A model generated the notes under the pieces. It was not told the origin of the DNA, did not search any database, and was given only the letters and a program-made list of their open reading frames with translations. DNA of 64,000 nt from Octopus bimaculoides (Eukaryota). Shown here in pieces: positions 23,580 through 39,400 of the stretch. The number at the start of each line of letters is the position of its first letter. The first letter of the stretch is position 1. A program made the position numbers and the translations under genes. The stretch spans positions 47,822,716 through 47,886,715 of the forward strand of contig NC_068990.1 of NCBI RefSeq assembly GCF_001194135.2, read 5' to 3'.

Positions 23580-23684
23580 GTGTGCATGAAGCTTTGTGAT
23601 TGAATTTGGTAGGCGGAACTTACTGCCGTGTGTGTATATGTCTGTGCATGTGCTTGTGCCTCTTTCCCAGAGAGTGAGAGAGGG

Positions 23685-23720
<36 letters not shown>

Positions 23721-24431
23721 CCTTGCTCTCATAGCTGAATCTCTCCCAGAACTAGAGAAAAAATTTCAGGTGTGGAAGCAAGGTCTAGAATCTTAGGGCC
23801 TTAAAGTCAATGTAGCAGAAACCAAAATCCTAGTTGGTAGGAAGGTGGACAAATCACAAAGCCCTTCAGGTAGATGGCTCTGCTTGATCTATAGAAAAAA
23901 GTGTAGGTAGTAACTCAATAAGATGTACCCAGTGTAAGCAATGGACACATAAGAGGTGCAGCAATATCAAAGGAAGGTTAACTGAGATGATAGATTTTGT
24001 ATGCGGTAGATGCACAGGGGTAATAAACACCGAAGATCTTCAGAAAACAGATTACAATACATGCCAAGGGAGAAACTAGAAGTAGTTGATAGCGTCCACT
24101 ACTTAGGTGACCAAGTCTGTAGTGGGGGTGGATACTTTGAGAGCGTTGCCACTAGAATAAGAATAGCCTGGGCAAAGTTCAGAAAGCTCCTACCTCTGCT
24201 GGCAACAAAGGGCCTCTCGCTCAGAGTGAAAGGTAGACTGTCTGATATATGTGTGCAAACAGCCATGCTACACAGTAGTGAAACATGAGTCATGACTGTA
24301 GAGGACATACGTAGGCTTGAAAGAAATGAAGCTTGTATGATCTGCTAGATGTATAATGTCAATGTGCATATGCGACTGAGTGTAAGCACCCTGAGAGAAA
24401 TGTTGGACATAAGAAGTATCAGATTTGGTGT

Positions 24432-24478
<47 letters not shown>

Positions 24479-27400
24479 TGTGATTGAGAAGACCTGGCAA
24501 GTAAAGTGAGACCACAGCCATGCATGTTCAACCTAGTTAAGAGTACCTCTGATGCATTGGGTGGTATGATATGCTTGAGTAGACCTGTTGAGTCAAGTAA
24601 AACCAATATAGTAGCTGTCGCCAGTTCCCTCAACTGGCTCCTATGCTGGTGGCATGTAAAAAGCACTATCCAAACATAATCAATGCGAAGACTGCTTGAC
24701 TGGCTCCTGTGCCAGTAGTATGTAAAAAGCACCTACTACACTCTCAGAGTGGTTGGTGTTAGGGAGGGCATCCAGCTGTAGAAACATTGCCAGATCAGAT
24801 TAGAACCTGGTGCAGTCACTGGATCTCCAGATCTCAGTCAAACCATCCAACCCGTGCCAGCATGGAAAATGAATGTTAAATGATGATGATGATGATATAT
24901 ATGCATCCATACATATATACATATTTACATATACACATATATATAAATATATATATATATNNNNNNNNNNACACATGTGGTCTCTGAGGAAGTAGATGAG
25001 TGGCTTGTTAAAGCTGTACAAGCCATGTATACTGGTGCTATTAGTAGGATGAGAGTTGGCCATGAGCACACTGATGAATTTAGTGTACAAGTAGGGTTTC
25101 ACCAGGGCTCAGTTCTCAGTCCACTTTTGTTCATCATTGTCTTCCAGGCCATAACAATGGAATTTAAAGCTGGTTGCCCATGGGAACTACTATATGCCAA
25201 TGACCTCGTTCTTATAACAGAATATGAAATAGAACTGGAGAAGAAAGACCTGAAATCAAAGGGCCTTAAAGTTAATGTAGCAAGGACCATAGTTGTGGTG
25301 AGTAGAAAGTGGATAAGACTCTCTTTTTGTCATGTAAATGGCCCTGCTCAATATGTAGGAAAGGTGCTGGAAGAAATTCTATTCATTGCACCCAGTGCAA
25401 GCTATGGATATATAAGAGGTGCAGTGGAATCACAGGTAGGTTAACAAATAAAGTCACCTTCATATGTAGCAGATGCAGAGAAACAACAAGTACTAAGAAC
25501 ACATGGGGATTAGACACTCTCAAATGCTCAGGAGGCTCTCTTGAGGTTGTAGATTGTTTCTGTGACCTATGTGATCAAATTAGCAGTGGTGGAAGATATT
25601 CTGAAAATATTGTTGCTAGAATTAGAATAGGATGGTGAAAGTTCAGAGAATTATTACCTCTATTAACTATAAAACGACCCTCTCTCTCTCTCTCTCACAC
25701 AAAGTGAAAGGCAGATTGTATGACGCTTGTGTATGAATGACTATACTCCATGGTAGTGAGACAAGAGCTCTGAATGCAAAAGACATATGTAGACTAGAGA
25801 GGATTAAAGCTAGTATACTCCAATGGATATGCAACATCAGGGTGAATGTACACCAAAGTACAAATGTGCTGAGAGAGAAGTTGGGTATAAGTGGAATGAG
25901 ATGCAGCATACAAGAGAGAGGACTACATTACTTTGGACATGTGATGCATATGAATGAAGACAGCTGCATAGGGAGGTGCCAATTGCTTAAAGTTGATGGC
26001 ACATGTGGAAGAGGGAGACTCAAGAAGGCATGGGATGAAATAGTGGGAGCTGATCACAAGATGTTGGGCCTTATGAAGGACATGACAATGGACCAAGATT
26101 TTTGGTGATATGAAGTCCTTGAGAAGACCCACTAACCTGAGTAAAACTGAATTCTGAGAGCACTGTGACCCACTCACATGTAACATTAAGCTTTCACACA
26201 CCCTACCCCAATAAATCAAACTACATCTTTCTTTCTTTTCCTCTCCTCTTTCTCTCTCCTTCTCTTCTTCTTCTCTTCCTCACATTTCTTCTTTTTCATG
26301 CACCATGCTTATCTCTCCCTCCCCCAATCACTCCTGCAGCCCAAATCAATCCTCCCTGCCAATTGTATCATTGCTATCCTGTTGTCCCCTCCTCTATATA
26401 CCCTGGTTTCACCAGTTACTGCATCTCCCTCTTCTCTCTCCATTCTCTTTTGCATTCACATGAATTTTTAACTCATACATTCTCAGTAATGTTCTACCTA
26501 CCCTTTTAAATTCTTATCTCTATACCTTGAGAGAATGCCCTGGCATACTGCCACCTTCTCTCTTGCTCCCTCTCACCTTTACTGTCTCTCTTGCTCTCTC
26601 CCTCTGACTGGGGTAACTATATATCTCCTCTACAGCAAGACATGCTATATAATTTCTGTACAAGAAATATAGAATTATTTTTTTGTTATTGTTATCTAGA
26701 AGAAAGTGGCACATTATTTCAGATGACTGTGTTTTTTTGACTGTACTAGACACTGATATGATATCATTCTTGACATATTTTAAATGAGATAATGATGAAT
26801 CTCCAAATATCTAGTGTTAATCAACTCAATGGTTAAATTCTGAGATGGACTAAAATATCTGAGATAGTACTTTATTTTATCAACCCCAAAAGAATGAAAG
26901 GCAAAGTTGACCTTAGTGGTATTTGAACTCAGGACATAAAATTGGAAGAAATGCTGCTAAGCTCTTTGTCTGAAACAGTGATTTTGTCAGCTCACTGCCT
27001 TCTTGTATTATATAACAAATTCAATTTTTTTCCCCCCTTTTAATGTCTTTGTTTGTCTTGTTTAATACTTTGGTATTTGTAAAAAAGCTTGGTTCACTTT
27101 CTGAAATTTATCTGATTTCTAAATTTCATGATTTCAACTTACTTGACAAGTACAACTCAAAGATTTTTTAATCTATTACTTATGCAATTTGTATTTAGGC
27201 ATCATTATGCTTAAAGATATTTCTGTAATATGTCTTTAACAGCTAGATAATTTAGCAATCAGATATTCACACCAAAGAGCATAAATAGTCTTCTGCTGAT
27301 ATAGTTGACTGGGTATTTTTAAAGTTTATTTGAATTTGCTTAGATATTTTTAATATTAGCTTGAATTTTTATTAATGAAGTTACAAGATGGTTACAGTTC

Positions 27401-30400
27401 TCCCTTTAATCGATAACTAGTACCAAAAGATACAGGATAAATTAAATATTTTATCACATAGCATATGAAACAGTAGTAAAAGCATATGGCCTAGTGATTA
27501 AGTGCATTCATGATTGCAAAATCATAGTTTCAATTCCTAGACTGGATGATACATCGTGTTCTTGAGCAGAATACTTCATCTCATGCTGTTCCAGTCCCCT
27601 CAGTAGTAAATGAGTAACCCTGTGATAGACTGATGTCATATTCAGTGTGGAATGTTGTGATTGCAGTGTACCAGAGTTTTGTCTTCTTTCAATAGAGTGT
27701 TATTTACAGAATTTAGTGTTATTAACAAAATTATGTATACATTATACCATATAGGGTAAAAAGGCAAGAGTATAGATAAAGACCCCCTTCAGTCACAAAT
27801 GACCATAGGGTTGCACTTAGAAAGTTCTCCAAAACACAAGTCCAGGCAAGGTTGTTTGAAGAAGAGCAGCAGTCACCCATGCATATCAGTCTCTCTTCTC
27901 CATGCCAGCAACATTGTCCAAGAGAAAGGCGAAAGCTGATATAAATTGGCACCAGTGACATCACAGTTCATTTCTACGCTCTAACCAATGAGTCATGTGC
28001 CTTCACATTATACAATAAATATATAACATAACTGATGTTATATGTTAAATGTGTAAAATTTTAGTCTTGCTATGAAGATTAGTTAAGATATATTTTCTGG
28101 TCAAATTGCATGATTAGTTATAATTAAAATCTTAAAACTCCAATATATGCTTATTAAGATCTTCTGAATTTGAACTTTAGATCATGCATGAATAATAGGT
28201 GAATATAAATGTACAAATACTATTTCTGTAAGCAGGAGAGAAATGCATGCTGACCAACTTGAGCATAGTATATTATTTGTAACTAATAATTTGACATGAG
28301 AGAGGTGATTTCAGAACCACAAAGCAACAAATTAGATACTCTACTCTCTGGTATTATTAAAACAATTTTGGTTGGATTTTTAGAGCAGCAAATGAAATGC
28401 TATGTAGTATTTGTCTAGGGGGTTTCTGCATTGAGTACAAATGTTTGTGAGATCAACTTTGCTTTTCATCTCAAATGGGGGAGGAAGCAACTGTTGATGA
28501 AATATAATACTTGTTACCTCTGCCAAGAAAGGAGGTTATGTTTTCATCGGCACTGGTTTGTCCGTCTGTCCGTCTGTGTGCAAAATAACTCAAAAAGTTT
28601 TGAACAGCATTTGATGAAACCTGCAGGAAAAGTTGGTAATGATACAAGGAACAGATGATAAAATTTTGGTAGTGATCCAGGAATTTGTATGGATTCTTGA
28701 AGGATTTTTCATTTGCTATATTTACTTTACAAGAAGTATTACAATGTTATGTTCTTTGATTATCTCCCTTGAAAACACGTTCATTGTTTCTGCTTAACCC
28801 ATGGTGGTGTTGCTGTTTCCAAAGCTTATTTTCGTTTCTCTATTAGTAATTTTACTCGCGTATCTATCTTAAAATGAGCTGTTTGGCGGAGGCCTGTGGA
28901 GGATGACATGACAAGCCTTGGCTATTGGGATCAACTCAAAAAAGCTCAGGCTTTGCTCCTGCCACTGCCACTGTGAGTTCTATATCATCTGTATGATGTG
29001 GAAAATATTCCATCAGCATTGCTCATCCTTAAAATTCATCCTAGGCTTGTCCCCTGTGCCATCCGTCTACTACAGAAATGTTTGTGTCGTATCACAACAC
29101 TATTACAGAACTATTTCACCTCAATTGGCCCTGCTTCTTCAACATCGTGCCAGACACACATAAAGGAGGAAAGTAACTTCACAGTATTCAAACAATCTCT
29201 AGATGATTACCTCCAACAAATACCAGATAAACCACCCACACCCAGATATGTCTCTGAAAACAATAACCCTCTGCTTGAATGGGCTACAGTTCCCCAGAAC
29301 TGACTGTGTATCTCTTCCAGGTGGTGCTATTAAATTAGACATGGCCTGAGTCAACTTCGGTCGAAACGTATCCAAGTAATCTAATTTATGCTGTAACCTT
29401 TTAATCAAAGCATGACAACGTGGGTAGAGGCTGATATCTTAACATTTCTTAACAAAATTATTAAAGATTTATATAGAACTACATTCAGAGTACGTCTATA
29501 AGCTATTGTATTTAGACCTGCTTTTTATCCTCAAACTGTTCTGTTTTGTAGATGCAATTTTTTTTTTTTTTTAATAAAGCATTCTGAAATTAGAAAAATA
29601 AAAAATCTGCAACAATCTCAGTCCCATGAGTATCGGATAATGGATTTTCAACTGTGTAAAGAAATTGATTGTGGTGATCGTGGTTTTGATGGTGATTGTG
29701 GTGAAAGCAGAGACAGTGTTGATGATGACGATGGTCGAGATAAGTATGGGAGGAGGTTATGCTTTTGCCAGTGTTGGTTTGGGAAATTGGGCGATTTTCA
29801 ACATGCGTGTATATGGGTGGAAATGAGCTGCTTGGCGGAGGTCAGCACTCTCTGAGTGCTTTTATTAAATATTGAAGTTGATGGTATTCCTTCCTCCAAA
29901 AACCATGCGCCTATGTTAGAAACAATTATTAAAAGACTCTTTCCTACATCAGCTCAACTGCGCTGTTTTAATCTATTTGACTGAAAATATCTTCTGTTAC
30001 TAATTCCGATTACATTTTAGAAAGTCAAATTAAAGACTACGTATATTTCACAATAGTTCATGTTAATATCTAAAACTGTTGAGAGAAAAAAATTATCCAA
30101 TGATATTTTATTTGAAAATTCATAAATGCTTTGATTTAATTGAGATGCTATTCACCGTGGGTTCATAACTTAAACTAAATCCTTTTATAGATCCCAAACA
30201 TCTTTTTTCTTAAAATAAGCTTAACTGTCTTTTCTTCAGACAGCTGGCCGAACATTGGGTTTATATTGTAGCTATGTACTATAAATTTTTCGTTGGTATC
30301 ATCATAATAATATTCTCCTACAGCTTCTCACCATTGTCACTGTCTAAATAGTCACTGCCATGGCTAAATATTCATATTTTTTCATATAGCCTGAACCTTT

Positions 30401-33400
30401 CATCATCATCCTTCAACCAAATTATGGTTGGTCAAAACTCCATTGACAATCCCTTTCCACACTACACGGTCCTGCATTGCTGTGTTCAGATCTCTAATAT
30501 CGAGCCCTGAATCCGAGAAATGTCAGTTTCCTGGAGAAAACACTTCCAGAGGAATACCATAGGGATGAGATAACCTCTTTCTCTGCTCCATGACAGTAGC
30601 CAGCAAATTGTAGCCATTTCTGCTTTAACTTGAGGAACATTAGCATCACAATTCTGTAGATGTTATTAAGTGTTGGGTGTGATCTCCAATTGATGTTGTG
30701 TATCTTTTTGAGCAGACTGGTATATGTTCCATCTACTTGTTTTTCTAAGAGAGCCAATAAGGTCCAGATCTCTGATCCATAGAGAAGGACCAGCTCAATC
30801 AGTGTTTTAAATGTTTTAACTTTTAACATGGTTAGAAGGTTTGTGTGCCAGATCTGATCAAGTCTGTTACATGCATGCCAAGCAAGAGCTTCGCAGATAC
30901 AAAAGTCCTTTTGGGGGTCTACTATGTGTGATCCAAGATAGTTGAAGTTATCAAAGTTTTTGATTGGTATATTATTGAGTGATTTAAGTTCAGTTAATTT
31001 GGAGGAGGTTGTGATAAACTCTGTCTTACTCTAATTGCAATAAAGGCCGACCTGGTCTGCTACTTTCTCCAGTGCTTGTAACAATGATTCTGCATCAATA
31101 ATACAATGGGACATCAAGGCAAGATTGTCAGCAAAGTCAAGATCAGTTAAATATTGTGCACAATGCCGACTGCTCTGGTGGGGTTTCAAAAGGTGTCCCT
31201 TTTCCTCCATACTATCTAGAGAAAGGCGTAGAACATAGTCGAGAACAATGATGAGCAAGAAAGGAGTGAGTGTGTCACCCTGCATTTACCTGCTTCAACT
31301 TCAAAGAAATCAGTCTCTCCATCAAGAGATATAACTGTGGCAGTGGTGTTTGTGTACAGCGCTCTGATAGCATCAACAATTCTGGGAGGAATACCATAGA
31401 GTGCAAAGATTTTAAACATAAGATCTCTGCTGATGGAATCAAATGCTTTGCAAAAGTTGACAAAACAGATTATGACGCTCTTGTTAAACTTTTTCATTTC
31501 TTCCAGCATGCAATGGACAGGGAGGATTTGAGCAGTTGTTGACTCACCCCTTCTAAAGCCATTCTGATTCTTATGAAGAAGTGGATCAAGCATAGGTACA
31601 ATCCTATTAAGCAGAAGTTTGTTATAAACTTTTGCTGCAATTGGGATCAGAGTAATGCCTCTATAATTTGCTGCACTTGTTAGATCACCTTTTTTGGGGA
31701 CAGGAACAATTCCACCCTTCAACCAAGATGTTAGAGGTAAATGATGTGAAAATGTGTCATTGCAGAAACCTAGTAAGGTTTCATGAAATATTGGATCTTT
31801 CTACAGTAATGTTGGCATGTTATTGAGTCCTGGAGATTTATTGTAAGCAAAACCACTGAGAGCTACTTTGAGCTCAACCAATGTGAAAAAGTCCGTGTTG
31901 ATGTCTAATACATTAGATATTTGGTGTAGAGGAAGTGGAAGAATGCTAGTTTGTGGTGGTTCTCCAAGAAGTTTCTGGAATTGGTCAAACCAGTTGGCCT
32001 TGCACTTTTCAGAGGAACCACCTTTAAGCCTGATGGAGGGCTTAAATTTTTTTCCAGTTAGTGTGTTTATTAATTTCCACACTGCAGCATGTTGCTTTGC
32101 AGTATGCAAGTTCGCAATTTTGTTAATCTCAGCTAGAAAGTAATCTGTTTCTACATTGGCTTATGCCTCATCTAGTGTTCCTTGAACTTTGGAAGCATCT
32201 TTGAAGTTATTTTTAGTAGGCCTCTGTTTGTGTCTAAGTTTTGATCTTTCTAGATACTTCCTTGTTTCTCTCATATGGACATCTTCATGAATTGATCTGT
32301 GCTTTATTCTTTCCTTCTTTGGTAGTTTTGAAAGGGCAATTTCTTCTGTGGTTGTTATGAGGTTATTATATTGTGTTTCAATGTTGTCAGTGTGCTCTGA
32401 GAGCAGTTCAAAACGATTTTTAACATCCACTACAAATGAGTGCGCTAAGTTTTTATCTAATGATATCTTGGGCCAGTCCACCTGTTTCATGGGCTTTTGG
32501 ACTGCTGGTTTTGATGATCTAAGGCTGAGAACAGTGTATATGGAAACAACTCTATGGTCTGAGCCAATAGATGCAAAGGAAGAGAATGCCTGTCCATTTC
32601 GGACACTGTTCTTCCATTTGTTTCTCACAAGTATGTAGTCAATTTATAATTAAGATCCAGATAGGTGCTAGAATGTCCACAAATGCTTTGGGTGTTTCAT
32701 GAACTTTGTGTTTGCAATCTGAAGTTGGAACTCATGATCAAAATCAATCAGTTTTTATCCCGTTCTAGTTAATCTCCTTGTTATAGGTGAATAGAACATC
32801 ATCCCTCCCTATTTGGCCATTAAAATCACCTGCTATAACAAGGAAGTTGTGAGAAGGGATACTTTCCATTACTCCCTTCAGATCAGGGTAGAAGTCATCT
32901 GCAAGTTTCTCATCACTTGTGTTAGTTGGGCAGTAACATGCAATGAATGTGGTTTGAGGGTTACTACTCAGCTTGGCAACACTTATGCGGTGAAATATTT
33001 TCTCAACAGAGAGCAAGTTCCCTGAGGCTCTTGGAGATAGGAAAATATCAACACCACCTATAGATACCAACTTATTACAACCTCTGCTATTAAAAATTCC
33101 CACCTGGGAGTTTTAAATAGCAGAGGTTGTAATAAGTTGGTATCTATCAAGGTTGGTATACTTCAAATTTGTGTCAGGGTGATGATGCCTGTGTTCTTGG
33201 ATGCTCAAGATATCAACTTTGTTTTTCTTTACACATTGCAGAAGTTCTTGTTTTCTGCTTGTCTTTGATAAAGTTCGTGAGTTAAAGGTGCTGTTAACAA
33301 CAGGTCTTTTGCACTTCATAAATTTGTTTGTTGTTCCTGCATCTACATCTACCTCTTCATAGCTACCCTACTCTAAATAGTTTAGAGGTAGCTGGTCATA

Positions 33401-36400
33401 CGTTTCTTGGGAAATAAGGTGAGAATTTGGAACTGAAGAAGCAGGGGCTTGAACCCTGGTACTGCAAGTGGACATCATGGTAATTCTTTTGGTAGCTGAT
33501 ATAGAAGTGGATCACCAGTTCTTCATCCTGGTATTTTTACATACATCATCTCAAGGGATGAGGTAAATTTATCCATGAGGTAAATTTATCCCACACCAGA
33601 CACCAACTTGGTATTTCAATTCTGCAGCTGGTTTTTCTTATAAGAGATTTTCTCCTCCTAGCAGGCTGCCTTCAGCTCAGCTCAGGGAGTCCTGTCTACC
33701 CCATTCCATCTATGCAGTGCATGGACGTTATGCCATGAGGGGTGTACCCCCACATACCCCAATCACAGATAGAAAGATGAAGAAGATAAAATAGAGATAA
33801 GAGAATAAAATAAATTTGGGATGTAAAAGTACATGTAAAAGTATATAAAAAATTAAAAATTTTATACAATATATAAAACACAACACTCACAAAAATACAC
33901 ACACAAAATACACACACGATACACACACATGCGCGCATGCACACACATACACACACTCACACAAATTTTCACACATGCATCACAATCAAACATTGTTGAA
34001 TTGGTCGTTGACTACACAGTAGTTCTTCTGCCCTTTGATGAGTCTTACAGATGTTCCATAGGCCAGACTGCACATTGATTACACAAGATCATTTAAGGGT
34101 TCATATTATCTTGTTTTGGTGGATAGTTTTACAAAGTAGTCTGAAGTGCATAAGTATAAAGAGCCGACATCTGCAGTTATAATTAGTTTTTTACATGAAT
34201 TGTTCACCAGATATGGTATTCTGGATACCATTGTGTCTGATAATGAAACTCAATTTACTTCAGACAAATTCAGAAAATTTTGTCACCACTCCACCATATC
34301 AAATGAACAAGTGGAGCGTTTTGTTGACACCTTCAAGAGGGCAGTGAAAAAGGCAAACGATGATGTGATGTCTGATTTTGTACTTCAATAATTTCTATGA
34401 GTGTACCAAGTAACACCTGTTCCAAATGCACTGTAAGGAATATCACCTACAGAATTGATGTTTGCTACAAAAGTCAGATCTGTCTATGATAAGCTGATAC
34501 CGAATGAAAATAAAAAAAAGGTGAACAACAAAAATACTGCAAAATTCTTCAAGTTAGGTAACAAAGTTTTTTAAAACCTATAAATATGCTATGGTAAAGA
34601 AAGCTGGGAGGATAGTGTAATAATTAAACAAATTGGAAGAATGTTATTCCTGGTAAAAGGAAAAAATGTTGAACACAAAAGACTAAGAAAAGATTCACAG
34701 ATAAAACGAAATGAAATCCCCATGGAAGTATTGTATGACATTTTTGAGGTACTAACACCAAAACAATTTGAAACTGTATGTTCTAGCACTGGAAAATGGA
34801 AAAGAATGGAAGCATTGGAATTGAACCCTAAGTGGAAGAGACATTAAACTCTGAGTGGAGTTCAATTCTCAAAAGGGGAGAAGATGGGGAGACTGATTCT
34901 AAAACAGGGAGATGTTGTGGAAGGATTCCAACCACCCCGCAAGTGACTAAAGGTAGACTGTCTCATTGCTATAAAACAAAGAACTGTGAGTGATTGGCAG
35001 TTTGTGTTGATAGCAGTTCACTGTGAGCCTTTGATATAGTGTTGACGCTTGTGTAATAGTAATAGTAGTACGTCGTGTATATATGTTCTTTTCCCCTGCT
35101 TCATTATATTATATATCCAATACAAGGATATAAAAATAACTTAAAGTTAGAATATATAGTCAAGACATATAATCAAGACAAACATAGAACTGAGAATAGG
35201 GTTTCACAATCTTCTAAAACTTGTAGGAAATCAAGAACATAAAAGAAATTGGGGTTCCACAAGCGGACCCTAAGGGGATTTTAGACACAAGAATCACGAA
35301 TGAAAAAGTTATTCCATTTAAAATCAAATATACTTGTATTGAAAGCTCCAGTGATTCATGAAAAAAACATGATATAAAATGTTCTGAATAGTGAAATATA
35401 TTTCAATCAGATATTGACAGCTTTGTCTCTCAAGAAGCATAAATTGTACTATGGAGATGTCATTCAGATTTGACTGCAATTTTGTAATAAAGAACTCTAC
35501 TATGGAAAAGAAAAGCTCTCTCTGCTTTGAAGGATGTTGGAGGAAGAGTACTGAGAACAAGGAACAATTTCTGCAAGTTAACAATTTGACGTCCAGTAAT
35601 CTTAAGCATTTTCATTTCTTTGATTGGATGATTGAGGACTCTCATGATTGTTTTCAACAGTTTTGTTAATGGAGTTTTATTTTGCTGAACAAATTGTTTC
35701 AGTTATCATGGGCTTGATTTCAAAATGGCAAGTAAGAGTTTCTTTTGTTGAAATGATGAACATTCTCTTATACAGTTTCTCCGTGATATTTTGCAATGAG
35801 GTCTCTAATAGTGAAATTAGAAATGAGTAGTTTGCATCCAAAACATCTCTCAAAAAATGGTTTGTTAAAATACCTCATCAAGTCCTTCAGAATTTAATTC
35901 CTTTGCTCTTTTGTTAATTTTCTTGATACATCTCTTAGTAAGAGAGACACTGGAGTATTTTGTCAATTTAATTCTAGAATAGATATGCTTTCTACAGAGA
36001 TCAAGGTAGGATCTCTTTGGCCAAGGTTTACAATTCCAATTTTATATTTCTTGTATTGCTGATGCATCAGCATGAAAAGTATAAAATTCATTGTCTGAAA
36101 AACTCGAGAGATTACTCCAAATCAATTGTAACTTTTGCAATGCTATTTTTAAGGAACAATATTCATTCTAACATCTCAAATAAATAATTCCATCTTGTCT
36201 TAATGACATTGATTTATTGCTATTTATGTACATGCTCCTCTTTAACTACTAAAACTGAAATATTTCAATTTTTGTTGGAGATCTACAAATGAAGTAAGTA
36301 TTGTTTTTGTTTTTTAATATTGCCAATGTCTAAATTTATTAAGTAAGAGGATCATCTGTAATAGGAACTATTTCACAAAGTTTAGTAGTATGATACAGAT

Positions 36401-39400
36401 AAGCATAAATATTAACTGCATTTATATAATTTTCATCAAATGTACCTCCAAACTTTTCATTGTCATTGTAAGAGTCAATACTTAATTTAGCTTGCTTACA
36501 ATTTGATTCAGTTCTTTTTTAAAGATCTCACAAACAACCAAATGAAGTCCATGTGATTAACACAATTGATGAATCTCGCAAATACGATTTTTATGAGTGG
36601 AATACTCACTGCATCTCTTATTTTTGGATTGCTTCCTGATTGGTGTGTCTGAAAATTAGTTGAACACAAATACTACTGCAAATATATTTGTTTCCATATC
36701 AAAGTTATATTCAGAAAGGACATATTATCAGAAAATGCAGTCAGGTTATATATAATCAGAATATACAGCCAGCACATACATTTAGGCTATACAGTCAGGT
36801 TTTAGTCAGAACATACACTCAAAGTATTTTGCCAACCAATAACCATATTCCTATTTCCATATTTGAAATGAAATTAAATGAAGTGTATACTATTGTAGAA
36901 ACCAAAATCTGATATTTATATTTATTATATTTACAGTTGTGTCAGTAACCACACTTATGGAAACATTACATACAACAGCACAAAAGATGAATGTTACCTT
37001 TATCCAAATAATGGGACAGGATTTAATACTACAGACAGAACTGAGGAAACAATTGCCTGTAAATCTTGGGTATATGATAAATCAGATTTTACGGCTACAG
37101 CTGCAACAGATGTAACTATACTTTCGGAATTATATTTTGTATTTTAGTTAACAGGAATGATAACAGCTACTGAGTAAACATCCTAGTTTTTGCTATTTCT
37201 GTCTGTCTGTTAGTCTGTCTGTCATTCTGTCTGATGGTCTGTCTGCCTCTGTCTGTCTGTCTGTCTGTCTTTGTCTCTGTCTCTCTCTCTCTTATTTGAT
37301 ACATTCTTCCATTTTCTTTAGGACTAGTCCATAATACAAGAGATGTTATGCACTCAACACAAGCAAATCTACATTTGACTCAGGTCCCTATTCATGGCAG
37401 AATCTATTACTATATATCTAGTAGATCCTCATTAACTTGTGAAATGTATGTCTTTAACAAAACTCTTCTAAGATGAGCAAAAGACTCTGTAGATTTATAA
37501 TAATGTGGTTCTACAGAGTGTCCAGTGGCATATATGTTCTCAAAGAATGTTGCCATTGAAATATCTCATTATTACTTACTTTGTAATGTTATTTCAATGA
37601 CCAGAATTTATAAGTTTTGTTAAAGATAAGATTTTTGAATGTTTCTTTAGTTTTACTATTATTTCATTCATTGTTACTGCATGTTGTCATTGTTGTTTAG
37701 GTTAGATCATCACTAATGCAGCAGACTTATGATCAAAAGGATTCCAGGGATGGTCATAACTGGAATGTTATTGATCATGAGCTTGCATGATTAGTACTGA
37801 TCCTTATTTAAACAATAACAATGACAACAACTCATAGCTGTATATTTCATGGAACAACATATGAGTGCAGGTACATAAACAGATACATGCTCAAATATAT
37901 ATACATATATATATCATAATCATCATTTAATGCCCGTTTTCGATGCTGGCATAGGTTGGACGGTTTGACCAGGCTGGCTTGCTGCACCAGACTCCAGTCT
38001 GATTTGCTTTTTATGGTTGGATGCCCTTCCTAATGCCAACTACTCTGAGAATGTAATGGGTGCTTTTACATGCCACCAGCACAGGCACCACTTACATGAA
38101 ACCAGGGTGTTTTTATGTACCACCAGCATGGGTGCTGATCTGCATGATCGGTACCTGTCATGACTGTGATTTTGCTTGGCTTGATAGGTTTTCTTCTCGA
38201 GCATGACATAATGCCAAAGGTCTCAGTCATTGCCTTCACAAGACCTAACACTCGAAAAGAAAGTCACTTTACCTCTGTGAGGCCCAATGCTCGAAAGGAA
38301 CTCAGCCACATTACCTTCATGAGGCCCAACACTCGAAAGGAATTCAGCCACTTTGCCTTCATGAGGCCCAATGCTCGAAAGGTGTTCTTTACATGCCACC
38401 AGCATGGGTGCACTTGGCTTGACAGGTCCTCTCAAGCACAGCACATTACCAAAGGTCTCGATCATTAGTCATTTCTTCTGCGAGGCTCAAAGTTTGAAGA
38501 TCATGCTTCACCACTTCGTTCCATATCTTTCTGGGTCTGCCTCAACCACAGTTAGAAACCAGCACTTCTTTACACAGCTGTCCTCGTCCATATGCATCAC
38601 ATGACCATACCAGTGCAGTTATCTCTCTTGTACACCACATCTAATGCCTCTTATGCCTAACTTTTCTCTCAAGATGCTTACACTCTGTTATACATGCACA
38701 CTGACATTGCACATCCAGCGAAGCATACTGGCTACATTTCTTTCAAGCCTGTCCTCAGTGGTCACAGTCCATGTTTCACTATCATGCAGCATAGCTGTTT
38801 GTACACAGGCATCAAACTATCTGCCTTTCACTCTGAGAGAGAGGCCTTTTGTTGCCAACAGGGGTAAGTGCTCTCTGAACTTTGCCCATCCTAATCTTAT
38901 TCTCACAGCTATGCTCTTGGAGAATCTACCTCTGCTACTAACTTGGTCACCTAGATAATGGAAGCTATCTACTCTCTCTAGCTTGTCCCTCTGGCAGTTG
39001 ATGGAGTCTATTTTCTGCTAATTTTCAGTGTTTATTGTATCAGTGCATCTTCCACATACAAAAGCTAGTTTTCCTATTACCTTCCTCTGATATTGCTGCA
39101 CTTTATATGTATCCCAAGCTTACACTGGGTGCATCTTATGGAGTTTCTACCAACACCTTTTCTACAGATTGAGCAGGGCCATCTACTTGATAGGACTTGT
39201 GATTTGTCTGCCTTCCTATTGACTAAGACTTTGGTTTTTATGAGGTTAACTCTAAGGCCTTTTGATTCTAGACCTTGCTTCTACACCTGAAATTTCTTCT
39301 CTAGTTCTGTCAGTGATTCAGCCATAAGAACAAGGTCATCAGTGTAGAGGAGCTCTCAGGGGGCAGCCTGTCTTGAATTCCTCTGTTATTTCCTCAAGGA

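Noticed and set aside
33600-33770. HDV-like ribozyme at the RTE 5' end
   Set aside because: GC-rich hairpins are present but I could not fold the nested double pseudoknot by eye; needs a covariance-model search.
38231-38383. CRISPR-like array
   Set aside because: Contiguous tandem units without unique spacers, in a eukaryotic LINE 3' UTR, with no cas genes.
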